Positions 20,437 through 31,058 of a DNA stretch of 64,000 bases are shown here, piece after piece (the first letter of the stretch is position 1; each line of letters begins with the position of its first letter). Under the pieces are notes generated by a model, which saw nothing but the letters and a program-made list of their open reading frames with translations, did not search any database and was not told where the DNA came from. The position numbers were made by a program, and so were the translations under genes. The stretch comes from Thermodesulfobacteriota bacterium (lineage in GTDB: Bacteria; Desulfobacterota; Desulfarculia; JACQYL01), in assembly GCA_963675595.2 (NCBI GenBank), contig CAXXLZ010000002.1:3776001-3840000 (forward strand). The letters are read 5' to 3'.

Positions 20437-22146
20437 TCACTTGGCGCGGGAAAGTCTCACCCTTCCATAGTAATGGCGAAGAATGGCGTCGTAGGAATGG
20501 CCCTCAAGGGCCATTTCGTAGGCTCCCCACTGACTCATGCCTACCCCGTGACCATAACCTTTCCCATTCAGAATGATACGGGACTTGTCCCGCTTCATCT
20601 TGAACCAAGTGCTTCTAATCTTGGTGGCGCCGACCTTGATGCGAAACTGGTTGCCGGACAAACGCAGTTCTCCCTTTTCATGAATAATGCGCAATTCCAT
20701 AACCCTGCCGGATTCGTCGAACTCCGTCGCCTCGATTTTCGAGATGCCGCCCAAGTCGTAGCCTTGACCGTTGAGTCGACTCCGAATCCAGTCGAGCTCC
20801 AAACGGTTTTCCCATACGTGATTGGGAGCCTTGACGCTGTATGGATCGTCCACTCCCGTCAGATAGGGCACGTCGGCGAACCAAACGGAGCCTGCATCCG
20901 TGGTTCTTCCCCCGCTGTTGGAGTGGAAGTAGGCCATAATCGGTTTTCCGGAGTAAGTGAGCACCTGCCCCGCAGTCTCGTCCACCGCCGCGTTGGATCG
21001 GGCGTGTTCCACTCCTGCTCCGCCGTACACTTGGCTCATGGTGGTGCTCACCACGTCATAAGGGCGGTCTTCTCCCTTCATGATCATGAAAAGCGCATAG
21101 GTCCGGGCTGCGACCGCTTGTGCCTTTAGAGCCTCCATGGGCCATTCGGGAGCCACTTCCTTGGGCACGACGCCGTAGAGATAGTGTTCGAGAGGAAGCA
21201 CATTAACCACCTGGAGTTGACCGGAAGCGTTCCGGCTGACGACGAGTTCTCCTCGGAATGCTCTCTTCCCGCAATGAATGACTCCGCCCGCTTCGGTGGT
21301 GAGTCGCAGGGAATTTCCCGTGAAACGCGTTCCGCGCACGGACAGAGCCCCGTTTTGAGGTTCGATCACCACTGCTCCGGCCTTCGGTATGGAGTACTTC
21401 TTCTTGGGGTTGAATGCGTCCCATACGGTCAGGGCGCCGGAGGCTCCGACTTTGAGCAGCGGACGGTCGTCGTCGACCAGCACTCGAATGATCGGATTCC
21501 TGGGAAGTTCCAAGCGCGTTACCATGGGACCTTCAGGCGGCGAGGGTACGGAAGGAGCGACTGTGGGAGTTGAGGGCTTGGGCGTGTCGGGGGGGAGCGC
21601 GGCGATTGAGGTGTTCTTGTCCGGCGAGGTCGACGGTTCCGGAGTCATTTCCGAAGGGAGAGGGGCCTGCCGGCACTTCTCCGCCATGAACTGCGCCGTG
21701 TCCCTCCGACTGCCCATGGGAAACCGTTTCAAGTATTCTTCAAAGAAACTCGCAGCCCTGCGAGGTTGGTTCTGCTCGAAAAGAATCATGCCCACGTTGA
21801 AGTACGCGTTGGCCGTTTCCCTGAGCCCGCCGTATTGGTCTATGGCCTGCCGGTAGACCACGAGAGCGCGTGGATGGTCGTCGAGAAAATAACTATAGAT
21901 GTCACCCATATGCACCAGAGCTTGGGCCCGGGTTTCGGGTTGGGCGCCTCGATGGGCCAGTTCCCGGAAAGCTCCGATAGCTTCCAGGTACCCGCCGCCT
22001 CGAAGAAAACGGATGGCGGATTCAAGTCCTTCACGGTCCGTGTTTGCGGACAAGGTGGGGCCGTCCGCGGACACGAGGAAGAAGATCGCCGCGAGAAGAG
22101 AAAGAGTGAGTTTGCGTCGGGTGCGCAAAGTACTAAGGCACGACAA
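20437..22146 (-). CDS. SpoIID/LytB-domain lytic transglycosylase with N-terminal TPR
   Basis: VNVLPLEHYLYGVVPKE, EALKAQAVAARTY, SQVYGG, YFHSNSGG, GYGHGVGMSQWGA. Confidence 0.93.
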   Translation of the reverse strand: MSCLSTLRTRRKLTLSLLAAIFFLVSADGPTLSANTDREGLESAIRFLRGGGYLEAIGAFRELAHRGAQPETRAQALVHMGDIYSYFLDDHPRALVVYRQAIDQYGGLRETANAYFNVGMILFEQNQPRRAASFFEEYLKRFPMGSRRDTAQFMAEKCRQAPLPSEMTPEPSTSPDKNTSIAALPPDTPKPSTPTVAPSVPSPPEGPMVTRLELPRNPIIRVLVDDDRPLLKVGASGALTVWDAFNPKKKYSIPKAGAVVIEPQNGALSVRGTRFTGNSLRLTTEAGGVIHCGKRAFRGELVVSRNASGQLQVVNVLPLEHYLYGVVPKEVAPEWPMEALKAQAVAARTYALFMIMKGEDRPYDVVSTTMSQVYGGAGVEHARSNAAVDETAGQVLTYSGKPIMAYFHSNSGGRTTDAGSVWFADVPYLTGVDDPYSVKAPNHVWENRLELDWIRSRLNGQGYDLGGISKIEATEFDESGRVMELRIIHEKGELRLSGNQFRIKVGATKIRSTWFKMKRDKSRIILNGKGYGHGVGMSQWGAYEMALEGHSYDAILRHYYGRVRLSRAK

Positions 22147-22164
22147 ACCGGATGGCTCCCTGTC

Positions 22165-24462
22165 TCATTTGCTTGTCATGGTGTACACACCATCCCATGA
22201 TTCACCAGGGGGGTGTTCACGATAGTGGCTGCAACGCGTCAAGTATAACTTCGACGGGCGGTCTTCGGGAAGAATTCGAAGGGTTTCCTCGAATCTTTCC
22301 GCCGCTTCGGCGAAACGCCGGGATCGATAGAGTGTCAACCCTTCATGGAAAATCGCCAACCCATGCGGTGGACTTTCGTCCGCGGGCAACCGTCCAATGA
22401 GCTCGTAAATGGTGACGGGTTCCGTTCTGCCTTTCACCCGGATGCGATCCAGCTCCCGACATAGAAATTGTTCCCGGACGCACTCATAGGTGGCTTGGCC
22501 GATGAGAATGCCCGTTCCGTACTCCTTGTTGGCGCCTTCCAGTCTCGAAGCCAGGTTGACGCTGTCCCCCATGACCGTGTAATCGAAACGTTCATCCGAA
22601 CCCATGTTGCCCACTACCATCTCACCCGTGTTGACGCCTACGCCGATCCTCAGTTTTTCGAGTCCCAATTCGGTCAAGAAAGGCACCAATTGGTCCAACG
22701 CCTGCTGCATTTCCACTGCCGTGGCGCAGGCCCTCACGGCATGGTCCTCCTGGGGCAGGGGCGCTCCCCAGATGCCCATAATAGCGTCACCGATGTATTT
22801 GTCCAGGGTTCCCTGGTACTTGAACACGATCCGGGTCATGAGAGTCAAGTAACGATTCAGGAGCAGCACTAATTCTTCCGGGGTGATTCGTTCGCTCAGG
22901 GATGTGAACCCCCTGATGTCCGAAAAGAGCACCGTCAGCTTTTTTCTTTCTCCTCCCAGTTTCAACTTGGACGGGTCTTTCAGTATTTCGTTGACCACTG
23001 CGGAAGACAGATAGTAGCCGAAGGCGTTTCTCACCTTGCGCCGTTCTTTTTCTTCCTGAAAATAGCGGACCACGGTGAGTGTCGAATAGACCAGACCGAG
23101 ATTGATGGAGGGATAGACTACACTGAGGATAATACCTCCGGAGGAGAAAGCGTACAGTGCCGACGCGGTGTATCCCCCCAGGAACGCCGCACCGCAGACG
23201 GCCCCTCCCACCGCGTTGAGACGGCAAAGGAGGAGAGCGAACCCCGGACCGATGAGGAGAATCAGGAACATATCGAACAAGGAAAGCCACTCCGGTCGAA
23301 AGAAAAAATCTTTGCTTAGAATTCCATCGATGACCGAAGCGTGGATTTCGAGCCCGGGTGTTACCGAACTGAAGGGCGTGACGCGAAGATCGTAAAGACC
23401 CGCGGCCGTGGCGCCCACCAGGACGATCTTATCCTTAAGAGAAATGTGGGGCGCGCCCTCCAGCACGTCCACCAGTGAAACGCGAGGAAACTCGCCTTGC
23501 GGTCCCGGGTAGGGGACGATCATTCGCCCGAGTTCATCCACCGGTATCGCAGTGTCTCCCAGTTCGAGACGTTCCACTCCATAAGATGAGATGGTCACTT
23601 TGGATGGGGTCCCTCCGAGATAAGCTTCCACCGTCTTAATGCTTAGAGGAGGAAAAAGCCGATCGGCGCACCTGAGCACCAAAGGCATCCAGCGCACGAC
23701 GCCGTCGGGATCCGGGAACACGTCGAAATAACCCGCGTATGGAGTTGCCTCGTGCAACACGGGTACGTCGGTCTCGGGCAGGTACATGGTGATCAAGGGG
23801 GCTTTTCTCGCCTCGGGTGATCGATATTTGATAAGACGATAGGCGGAACTTCGCACCAATTGCATCCGGTTGTCCCGTTCAGCCTGCTCGAGATGCGATA
23901 CCCACCGGTCAACGGGATGAAAGAAGTACCCAAGAATCACTTTCACTTGGGCGTTCGCAACGGCGAGTGCGAAATCCCGATCGGGGTCTAGGTTCCGGAC
24001 GGTTTCGTCGGCCGCCTCCAGAATTTCGGAGTTCAAGAGCCCTTTCTGTTCCAGCGTCTCCAGGAATCCCACAATGGCGGAGGCTCCGGAAGCGGGGTCC
24101 GGTTCGAAAAAACCCACGTCGAAAGCGGCCACTTTGACCCCTTCCTGATCCAGGCGTTCTACAAAACGCGCAAATACGCTGCGGGGCCACGGCCATGTTC
24201 CAATACGGTCGAGGCTTCGTTCGTCGATGGTGACAAGCACCGTATTGCCGGTGACGGGTTTGGAGCCTCGATAAAGGAATCGGAGGTCCAAGGACTTGGA
24301 TTCAAGTGTTTCCGTAAAAGCGGGCTTGGTCAGATACAATAAGAGTGTAAGGCAGGTAAGCCCCAGGCTGATCAAAAGGAATTGGAGCCATCTTCTGCGT
24401 AACACGAAAGGGTGCATGGAAGTCTCACGAGGTGGGGTCTTTGAATACCGCGTTAACGTCAC
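22165..24462 (-). CDS. CHASE2-domain class III adenylate cyclase with C-terminal TPR-like tail (start may be 24417)
   Basis: IDERSL..G.WPWPRS, PDPDGVVR, GLEIHA; LFSDIRGFT, LDKYIGDAIM, DYTVMGDSVNLASRLE. Confidence 0.95.
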   Translation of the reverse strand: MTLTRYSKTPPRETSMHPFVLRRRWLQFLLISLGLTCLTLLLYLTKPAFTETLESKSLDLRFLYRGSKPVTGNTVLVTIDERSLDRIGTWPWPRSVFARFVERLDQEGVKVAAFDVGFFEPDPASGASAIVGFLETLEQKGLLNSEILEAADETVRNLDPDRDFALAVANAQVKVILGYFFHPVDRWVSHLEQAERDNRMQLVRSSAYRLIKYRSPEARKAPLITMYLPETDVPVLHEATPYAGYFDVFPDPDGVVRWMPLVLRCADRLFPPLSIKTVEAYLGGTPSKVTISSYGVERLELGDTAIPVDELGRMIVPYPGPQGEFPRVSLVDVLEGAPHISLKDKIVLVGATAAGLYDLRVTPFSSVTPGLEIHASVIDGILSKDFFFRPEWLSLFDMFLILLIGPGFALLLCRLNAVGGAVCGAAFLGGYTASALYAFSSGGIILSVVYPSINLGLVYSTLTVVRYFQEEKERRKVRNAFGYYLSSAVVNEILKDPSKLKLGGERKKLTVLFSDIRGFTSLSERITPEELVLLLNRYLTLMTRIVFKYQGTLDKYIGDAIMGIWGAPLPQEDHAVRACATAVEMQQALDQLVPFLTELGLEKLRIGVGVNTGEMVVGNMGSDERFDYTVMGDSVNLASRLEGANKEYGTGILIGQATYECVREQFLCRELDRIRVKGRTEPVTIYELIGRLPADESPPHGLAIFHEGLTLYRSRRFAEAAERFEETLRILPEDRPSKLYLTRCSHYREHPPGESWDGVYTMTSK

Positions 24463-24897
24463 TCTCTAATTCACATTCACAGGAAAGTCAATGCGGGGAG
24501 AGGCGGTTTGGGGCAATTGTCGAAGGAACGGGGGAGGATTTCAGGCCGGGCTTAACGGTCGGGTCCCAGCTACGGTGGAGGCGAGCTTTTGAGAATTACT
24601 AATAACTACTGGAGAACGAACGAAAAATACTCCCCCGTTGCTTTGACACCTTCGGAAAACACTGGTAAGGAACCTTTTTGAGGGGCCTAAGAGGAATGCA
24701 CAAGCCGGTTGCCGGAAGAACTCCGTGTTTTGAAAGCGTCTTGCCTCCCAAGAGGAAGTGCCTATCTTTTCAAAACGGCCGGCCTTGGGCCATACGAACC
24801 GGCGCGGATCGGAAAGGTATTCGCAATGTCTTGTTCGGACCACTATTGAGATTCAGGTTCTGCATCGAATCACCATCTTTCACAAGGAGGGACAACC

Positions 24898-26859
24898 TTG
24901 ACGGATTTGAAAGAGACCTCCGTTTCGTCGGATGCGAGTAAGGAAGGGGAGTCTTTGACGGATGTGGGAGAGATCGGCCCGGTCCTGAGCGAAGAGGAGA
25001 CTCTGATGGAATTCGAACGGCTGTGCAGAACCGTGAACACGCGGATGGACAATCCCTCTTTGGTGCGGTTTCGCCGTCAGGTCCAGGTGATGAGATCGAG
25101 ATTCGAAGGCGACAAACCGATCATGTTGCTGCTTCGGATGATGCTCAGCTTGGCGGAGCATTTAAGAAAACGCCAAGCCGACGCCCATCCTGAAGCGCTT
25201 CCACTGTTCCGCTCGGTCCGAGACGATTTTTTCAGTCTGGTGGAGTCACCGGGCCTTTCTCCCAGGACGCGCAATGCGCTGGTGAAAAGTCAGGTGGATC
25301 GCTTTCAGGATGTCCAAAAAAGCATTCGATCCCTTCAAGAGCCGGCTCTCTCGGAAGAGTTCGCACCACGGGACCGGCTTGTGGACGACGATGTCGCACC
25401 TTTTCCGGTCGGTGAGGAGTCGGGATACGAGGAATCCCCATCCACGGATGAAGTTCCGGTGGGGTTCGAAGCTTTGGATGCCGACGAGGACCTTGAAGAA
25501 GCGTTCACGGATGAAGAGGTTGAAAGGCTGCCATCCCCGGAAGAACTCGCTTTGGGATTGAGATCGTCTCCGGAGGAACCCGGGGAAGGATACTCCGACA
25601 CGGAGAGGGAACAAGCAACGGGTTCTGGGATGGAAGCCGATGAATCGGAGATGGAATCGGCTTCTCCGGAAGAATTGATGCGGGAGCTGGATGCTTTGAG
25701 CGTCCATGAGTCGCAGAGCGTGGAGTCGGATTCCGCTTTCTTTTGGGAAGACGAGTCGTCGGACGAGGAGGGCGAGGCGTCCGATGTTGAACCAGACGTG
25801 CTTTCCATGGATTCGCCCGGCCGTCCCGACACCGCCGTCCCGTTCGAACTTGCCGATCTGCGCGAAGTGCCGGACGTTTCCGGGGAAGGGGCCGCCGGCC
25901 CTTGGTCCAAAGCGGAATCGCTTGAGTTCTCCGAAGAGGGACCTGAACGTCTGCCGGAGAGTGCAGAGGGTCTCGCTCTGTTCAAAGAGATGAGGATTGA
26001 AACCGACCGGAAAATCGATGCGGTTCATGCGGAGCTGTCGGCGATGCGGGAGATTCTTGATCGGATTGAGCGGAGACTGGACCGAGCGGAGGATGCCTCC
26101 TTGCCCGGCGATCCGAAGGCCGCCCGCTTGGAGCAAGAGAGCGTCTTCGTTGCCGAGCTTTCCGGGGGGACTGCGGTGGGGGGATCACAGGCCGTGATGC
26201 CTCTTCGGGAATCGGAGATTGAGGAGGTCTCGCACCCTCTCGAGACCGACCGGGGGGAGCGCGGGTTTGAAGGTGCGCTTGAGGTTGAGGAGGACGCGTC
26301 GGGGCGGACCCATGATGAGACTCCTTCAGAGGAAGGACCCGGGGAGCCGGAACAAGAACCGGATTTTGAATTTCAAGACGGCGATGAACTCAGAGACGAG
26401 TACGAAGCCGATGAAGAGGGAGCCTTTCGGAGATTTCCCGGCGACGGTTTGCAGGCCCCGCCTTGGGTGAAGGTCGTCCTCGATGGGAAGACTTACGCGC
26501 TGCCCGAAGAGAACGTGCTGCGGCTGGGAAGGGTCAACAATAAGACTCGCAAGCGGCTGCTGAAAAAAAGGCCGGTTTCGTTCCATGAAACACTTGGGCT
26601 CTTCGAATCCCCCAAAAAGAATCTCATGCCGGCCCACGCCCATCTGTCCAAGAAAGAGCTGGAATCCCTTTCTTTCGGCTCACTGAACGAAAAGCTTGAT
26701 TCGCAGTCGGTGGAGTCCACGGGAGAGGGAATGCTGTTGTTGATCAACGGACATCTGACGGGAGCACTGATTACGGACAAAGTGCCGGAACGGATTTCTC
26801 CGGAAGAGGGATGGAACTTGGAAAGGTTGGACGTAACGGAGCTGCTTTCCGAAGGCTGA
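24898..26859 (+). CDS. Hypothetical protein with long acidic disordered region
   Basis: 653-aa ORF, TTG start after AAGGAGG; very E/D/S-rich centre between helical N- and C-terminal domains. Confidence 0.8.
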   Translation: MTDLKETSVSSDASKEGESLTDVGEIGPVLSEEETLMEFERLCRTVNTRMDNPSLVRFRRQVQVMRSRFEGDKPIMLLLRMMLSLAEHLRKRQADAHPEALPLFRSVRDDFFSLVESPGLSPRTRNALVKSQVDRFQDVQKSIRSLQEPALSEEFAPRDRLVDDDVAPFPVGEESGYEESPSTDEVPVGFEALDADEDLEEAFTDEEVERLPSPEELALGLRSSPEEPGEGYSDTEREQATGSGMEADESEMESASPEELMRELDALSVHESQSVESDSAFFWEDESSDEEGEASDVEPDVLSMDSPGRPDTAVPFELADLREVPDVSGEGAAGPWSKAESLEFSEEGPERLPESAEGLALFKEMRIETDRKIDAVHAELSAMREILDRIERRLDRAEDASLPGDPKAARLEQESVFVAELSGGTAVGGSQAVMPLRESEIEEVSHPLETDRGERGFEGALEVEEDASGRTHDETPSEEGPGEPEQEPDFEFQDGDELRDEYEADEEGAFRRFPGDGLQAPPWVKVVLDGKTYALPEENVLRLGRVNNKTRKRLLKKRPVSFHETLGLFESPKKNLMPAHAHLSKKELESLSFGSLNEKLDSQSVESTGEGMLLLINGHLTGALITDKVPERISPEEGWNLERLDVTELLSEG

Positions 26860-27017
26860 TCCGGAGTGGAAGCGACGGCGAGGTTTTCCCTGCATAAGTG
26901 CTTTACATCTATTTCTTAGTCTGCAAAGATACTCCGTTTTGAAGGAATCCAATCGCCCCCTGGCTCCGATGCCCGCTTCGCGGGAAATCGGTTCGCTTTG
27001 TATAAGGAGAAGCATTA

Positions 27018-27422
27018 ATGGCCCGAATTACCGTCGAGGATTGTTTGACGCGCGTCGACAACAGATTCTCCCTTGTTCATCTGGCCGCCCGGCGCGTCCG
27101 GCAGTTGAAAAAAGGAGAACACCCCCTCATTAAGTGCAAAAATAGGGAGGTGGTTACCGCCCTGAGGGAAATCGCGGGAGGCGACGTCAACGTGGACACT
27201 CTGCGTGAAATCGAGGAAGCCTACAAGAAGAACCAGGATTTCAAGCTGCCTCCCCCGGGAGAAACTCAGGATCAAAACGCCCTTTCGGACCTGTCGGCAG
27301 CCATCTCGGAAGAAATGGCCGAACTGATTCCGGACGATTCCCTTACTGAGGAGTCTGAAGAAGCCGAGGAAGGCGACGACGAGGACAACGAAGGCGAGGA
27401 CGACTACGAAGAGCAGGAATGA
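27018..27422 (+). CDS. rpoZ: RNA polymerase omega subunit with acidic C-terminal extension
   Basis: [28 protein letters not shown]...VVTALREIA. Confidence 0.95.
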   Translation: MARITVEDCLTRVDNRFSLVHLAARRVRQLKKGEHPLIKCKNREVVTALREIAGGDVNVDTLREIEEAYKKNQDFKLPPPGETQDQNALSDLSAAISEEMAELIPDDSLTEESEEAEEGDDEDNEGEDDYEEQE

Positions 27423-27580
27423 TGAGGGGACGGCGAATGTCGTCCCGCTCTATTGCCGTACCCGCTCTCGAGCCGCGCTCATTTGATCATGGATCACCGC
27501 AGGAACCATCGTCGTGTGCGGGACTGGTTCGCCGGCTGACACTCCCTCGCATTATGACGATCTTCAGTGGAGAGGCGAAC

Positions 27581-27976
27581 GTGAAATCCAAAACCGCACT
27601 TCTCACATGCCTGAACAAACGAAGCCTTCTCAACGATCCCGACGCCGGTGAGCGAGAACTCATCACCGCAGGGGATCGATTCATGGCCGAGGGGATGCAG
27701 GCCGACGCCCTCCGATTTTTCTCAAAGGCGCACCATACAGAAGGCATGGAAGAGATTCTAAGCCGGGCGTTGCAGGAAGGCGACCTCTTTCTGTACAGGG
27801 CCGCGGCGGAGGCTCTCGGCCGAAAACCGGAACCCGGGGACTATCGGGAAGTGGGCCGCACCGCTTTGGAAGCGGGTAAGCTTTTCTTCGCTCGTGCCGC
27901 TTATCGAGAAGCTTCGGATGAATCCATGCAGGAGCAGGTCGAACAGCGGATTCGCGAAAACGGGTTTGATATCTAA
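27581..27976 (+). CDS. Hypothetical helical protein upstream of dnaJ
   Basis: GTG after GGAGAGG; TAA overlaps the dnaJ ATG (TAATG). Confidence 0.7.
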   Translation: MKSKTALLTCLNKRSLLNDPDAGERELITAGDRFMAEGMQADALRFFSKAHHTEGMEEILSRALQEGDLFLYRAAAEALGRKPEPGDYREVGRTALEAGKLFFARAAYREASDESMQEQVEQRIRENGFDI

Positions 27977-29082
27977 TGGAAAAAAGAGACTACTACGAAG
28001 TGCTCGGTGTGCAGCGACAGGCATCCGATGAGGAGATCAAACGGGCATATCGCAAATTGGCGCTTCAGTTCCACCCCGACCGAAATCCGGGAGACCTGGA
28101 CGCTGAGGAACGTTTCAAGGAGGCGGCCGAAGCCTATGAAGTGCTTCGCGATTCGGACAAACGGAGAATCTACGACCAATACGGCTTTGAGGGTCTAAGG
28201 GGTACCGGTTTTCAAGGATTTGGCGGTTTTGAGGATATTTTCTCCGCTTTCGGAGATATTTTCTCGGACGTTTTCGGCTTCGGCAGAGGCGGTTTTGGGC
28301 GTCGTTCCCAGAGAGGGGCCGATCTGCGCTACGACCTGGAAATCGGATTCCTGGAATCCGCCTTGGGAACGGAGAAAGAACTCGAAATCGACGTCCACGA
28401 CATCTGTTCCGCTTGCGAAGGATCGGGGGCGAAACCGGGTTCGGGACCCAGTGCGTGCCCCACCTGCGGGGGTAGCGGCCATGTTACCCGAAGCCAGGGC
28501 TTTTTCCGAATCAGTACCACCTGCCCGGCTTGTAAGGGCGCGGGCCAAGTGATTCTCGATCCTTGTGAGGAGTGCCGCGGTACCGGGCGCGTTCCAGTGA
28601 AGAAGAAGGTCCACGTCAAGATTCCCGGAGGTGTGGACACCGGTTCCCGACTGCGATTGCGCGAGGAAGGGGAACCGGGAGAGCATGGAGCGCCCCCGGG
28701 AGACCTTTATGTCGTCCTTCACGTGCAGCCGCACAACTTCTTTCAAAGGGAGGGGGATGACTTGGTATGTCAGGTTCCCGTGAGCTTTGTTCAGGCTGCG
28801 TTGGGTACTCAGGTGGAAGTGCCCACCCTGGACCAGCCCGAGAAGCTGATTATTCCCAAAGGAACTCAGCCATACGAAATATTTCGATTAAAGAGCAAAG
28901 GCTTTCCGAGACTGCGTGGATTCGGTCGGGGAGACCAAGTGATCCAGGTCCAGATCAAGACTCCCACGCATTTGAGTAAACAGCAAGAGGAGCTGTTGAG
29001 GGAATTCGCCGCCCTCTCCGGAGATGAAGTGGAACCCCATCGGGGTTTTTTCGGGCGGTTCGCGAAAAAGGAAAACAAGTGA
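27976..29082 (+). CDS. dnaJ: Chaperone DnaJ
   Basis: [11 protein letters not shown] motif, G/F region, four CxxCxGxG repeats. Confidence 0.98.
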   Translation: MEKRDYYEVLGVQRQASDEEIKRAYRKLALQFHPDRNPGDLDAEERFKEAAEAYEVLRDSDKRRIYDQYGFEGLRGTGFQGFGGFEDIFSAFGDIFSDVFGFGRGGFGRRSQRGADLRYDLEIGFLESALGTEKELEIDVHDICSACEGSGAKPGSGPSACPTCGGSGHVTRSQGFFRISTTCPACKGAGQVILDPCEECRGTGRVPVKKKVHVKIPGGVDTGSRLRLREEGEPGEHGAPPGDLYVVLHVQPHNFFQREGDDLVCQVPVSFVQAALGTQVEVPTLDQPEKLIIPKGTQPYEIFRLKSKGFPRLRGFGRGDQVIQVQIKTPTHLSKQQEELLREFAALSGDEVEPHRGFFGRFAKKENK

Positions 29083-29224
29083 CACCAATAGGCGCCGTAT
29101 CTTCCGGAATATCCCATGGCGTTCGTTTTTGGGCTGTCGGTCGCTCTACGGAGGAAGGTCATGACACCGGCCTCCCGCCTGCATGGTGGTCGTATTCAAG
29201 GAACCCCAACACCGGAACTCTACC

Positions 29225-29587
29225 ATGGAACCTGAAAAGATCGAGTTTTTCCGAACCCTGCTCAACAGACGCATGGAGGAACTGATCAAGAGCGCGGAAA
29301 CCACGGTCAACCGAATGACCGGAACCGAAGACAACTTTCCGGACCCCACGGATCGGGCCGCTCTGGAATCCGACCGCAATTTTACTCTGCGTATCCGTGA
29401 TCGGGAAAGAAAGCTGATCTTGAAAATCAAAGAAGCCCTGCAGAGGATCGAGGACGGTACCTTCGGAATCTGCGAAATGTGCGGTGAGCCCATTTCGGAT
29501 AAACGGCTCGAAGCCCGCCCGGTTACCACCTCGTGTATCAAATGCAAGGCGAAAGAAGAGGCCAAGGAAAAAGCGAGAGGCCTCTGA
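29225..29587 (+). CDS. dksA: RNA polymerase-binding protein DksA
   Basis: PDPTDRA..ESDR.FTLRIRDRERKL; CEMC...CIKC zinc finger. Confidence 0.95.
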   Translation: MEPEKIEFFRTLLNRRMEELIKSAETTVNRMTGTEDNFPDPTDRAALESDRNFTLRIRDRERKLILKIKEALQRIEDGTFGICEMCGEPISDKRLEARPVTTSCIKCKAKEEAKEKARGL

Positions 29588-29654
29588 GTAGGTTCTCGGA
29601 AGCCTCGTTCCTCATCTAAGAAAAGGCCGCCCGACCCCGCGGGCAAAGGGCCTC

Positions 29655-30929
29655 TTACGCCGTGATTCGCTCCAACATCCCCATGTAGGGCCTGAGTTTT
29701 TCCGGGATGACCACGCTGCCGTCTTCTTGCTGGAAGTTCTCGAGAACCGCCACTAATGTTCTGCCCACGGCAAGGCCCGAGCCGTTGAGGGTATGGAGCA
29801 GCTCGGTTTTCTTCTTTCCCTCCGGCCGAAAACGAATTCCCGCTCTTCGGGCTTGAAACGACGTGAAATTACTGCAGGAAGAGATTTCCCGGAAAGCCTC
29901 CTGGCCGGGCAGCCAGACTTCGATGTCGTAGGTCTTGGCCGCGGAGAATCCCAGGTCGCCCGTGCATAGGCTCACAACGCGGTAGTGAATGCCCAGCTCT
30001 TGAAGCACACGTTCCGCATGGGATAAGAGCACTTCCAGGTCTTCGAAGGATCGCTCGGGCAGCGTGAAATGGACCAGTTCCACTTTGTTGAACTGGTGTT
30101 GCCGGATCAGCCCCCTGGTGTCCTTTCCATAGGAGCCGGCCTCCGCTCTGAAGCATGCGCTGTAAGCTGCGTAGCGCACGGGAAGCTGCTTTTCCTCCAA
30201 TACCTCGTCGCGATGGATGTTGGTAACCGGAACCTCCGCCGTGGGAATAAGATAAGAATTCAATCCCTCGAGGCGGAACAGGTCTTCTTCGAATTTGGGA
30301 AGCTGGCCCGTACCGTACATGCTTTCCTGATTCACAATATAGGGAGGAAGGAGTTCCGTATATCCGTGTCGGTTCACATGCAGGTCGAGCATGAAGTTGA
30401 TCAGGGCTCTCTCCAGTCGAGCCCCCAAGCCCCTGTAGAGAGCGAAGCGGGCGCCCGATATCTTGGCGGCGCGAGCGAAGTCCAGAATTCCCAAATCTTC
30501 GCCGATATCCCAGTGGGCTTTGGGGGAAAAGGCGAACTCGGGCTTTTCTCCCCATCGGCGAACCTCCGGATTGTCCGCTTCGGATTGTCCGACGGGTACG
30601 CTGTCGTCGGTCAGATTAGGGACCATGGAAAGAAATCGGTCGAACTGCTCCTGGACTTTCCCGAGATCCGAGTCCATTGCTTTGATCCGTTGGGAAATCT
30701 CCTTCATTTCACCGGTCAGTTCAGATGCGTCCTGTCCGGCCTTTTTCATGGCCGCGATCTCTTCCGTAGCCTGATTCTTACGGTGTTTGAGGGATTCCAC
30801 TTCCTGGAGGAGAGTCCTGCGGTCCTCGTCCAAACGCGTGAACTCATCAAAGTCCACCTGCGCACCGCGCTGACGGGTTTTCTCAATGACGAGGTCCAGA
30901 TGATCTCTCACGAACTTGATGTCGAGCAT
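29655..30929 (-). CDS. serS: Serine--tRNA ligase
   Basis: [59 protein letters not shown]. Confidence 0.98.
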   Translation of the reverse strand: MLDIKFVRDHLDLVIEKTRQRGAQVDFDEFTRLDEDRRTLLQEVESLKHRKNQATEEIAAMKKAGQDASELTGEMKEISQRIKAMDSDLGKVQEQFDRFLSMVPNLTDDSVPVGQSEADNPEVRRWGEKPEFAFSPKAHWDIGEDLGILDFARAAKISGARFALYRGLGARLERALINFMLDLHVNRHGYTELLPPYIVNQESMYGTGQLPKFEEDLFRLEGLNSYLIPTAEVPVTNIHRDEVLEEKQLPVRYAAYSACFRAEAGSYGKDTRGLIRQHQFNKVELVHFTLPERSFEDLEVLLSHAERVLQELGIHYRVVSLCTGDLGFSAAKTYDIEVWLPGQEAFREISSCSNFTSFQARRAGIRFRPEGKKKTELLHTLNGSGLAVGRTLVAVLENFQQEDGSVVIPEKLRPYMGMLERITA

Positions 30930-31058
30930 GTTGACTCCGTGCCGGTTTGACGAAATATGGGGTCCTTGGATTTGTCGGCAGGTAGAAACAAGAATTTGTA
31001 AAAAGCCGCAGCCTATGATAGAAAGCCAAACTCCATCCATCCGGGAGCGCTTGAATTC

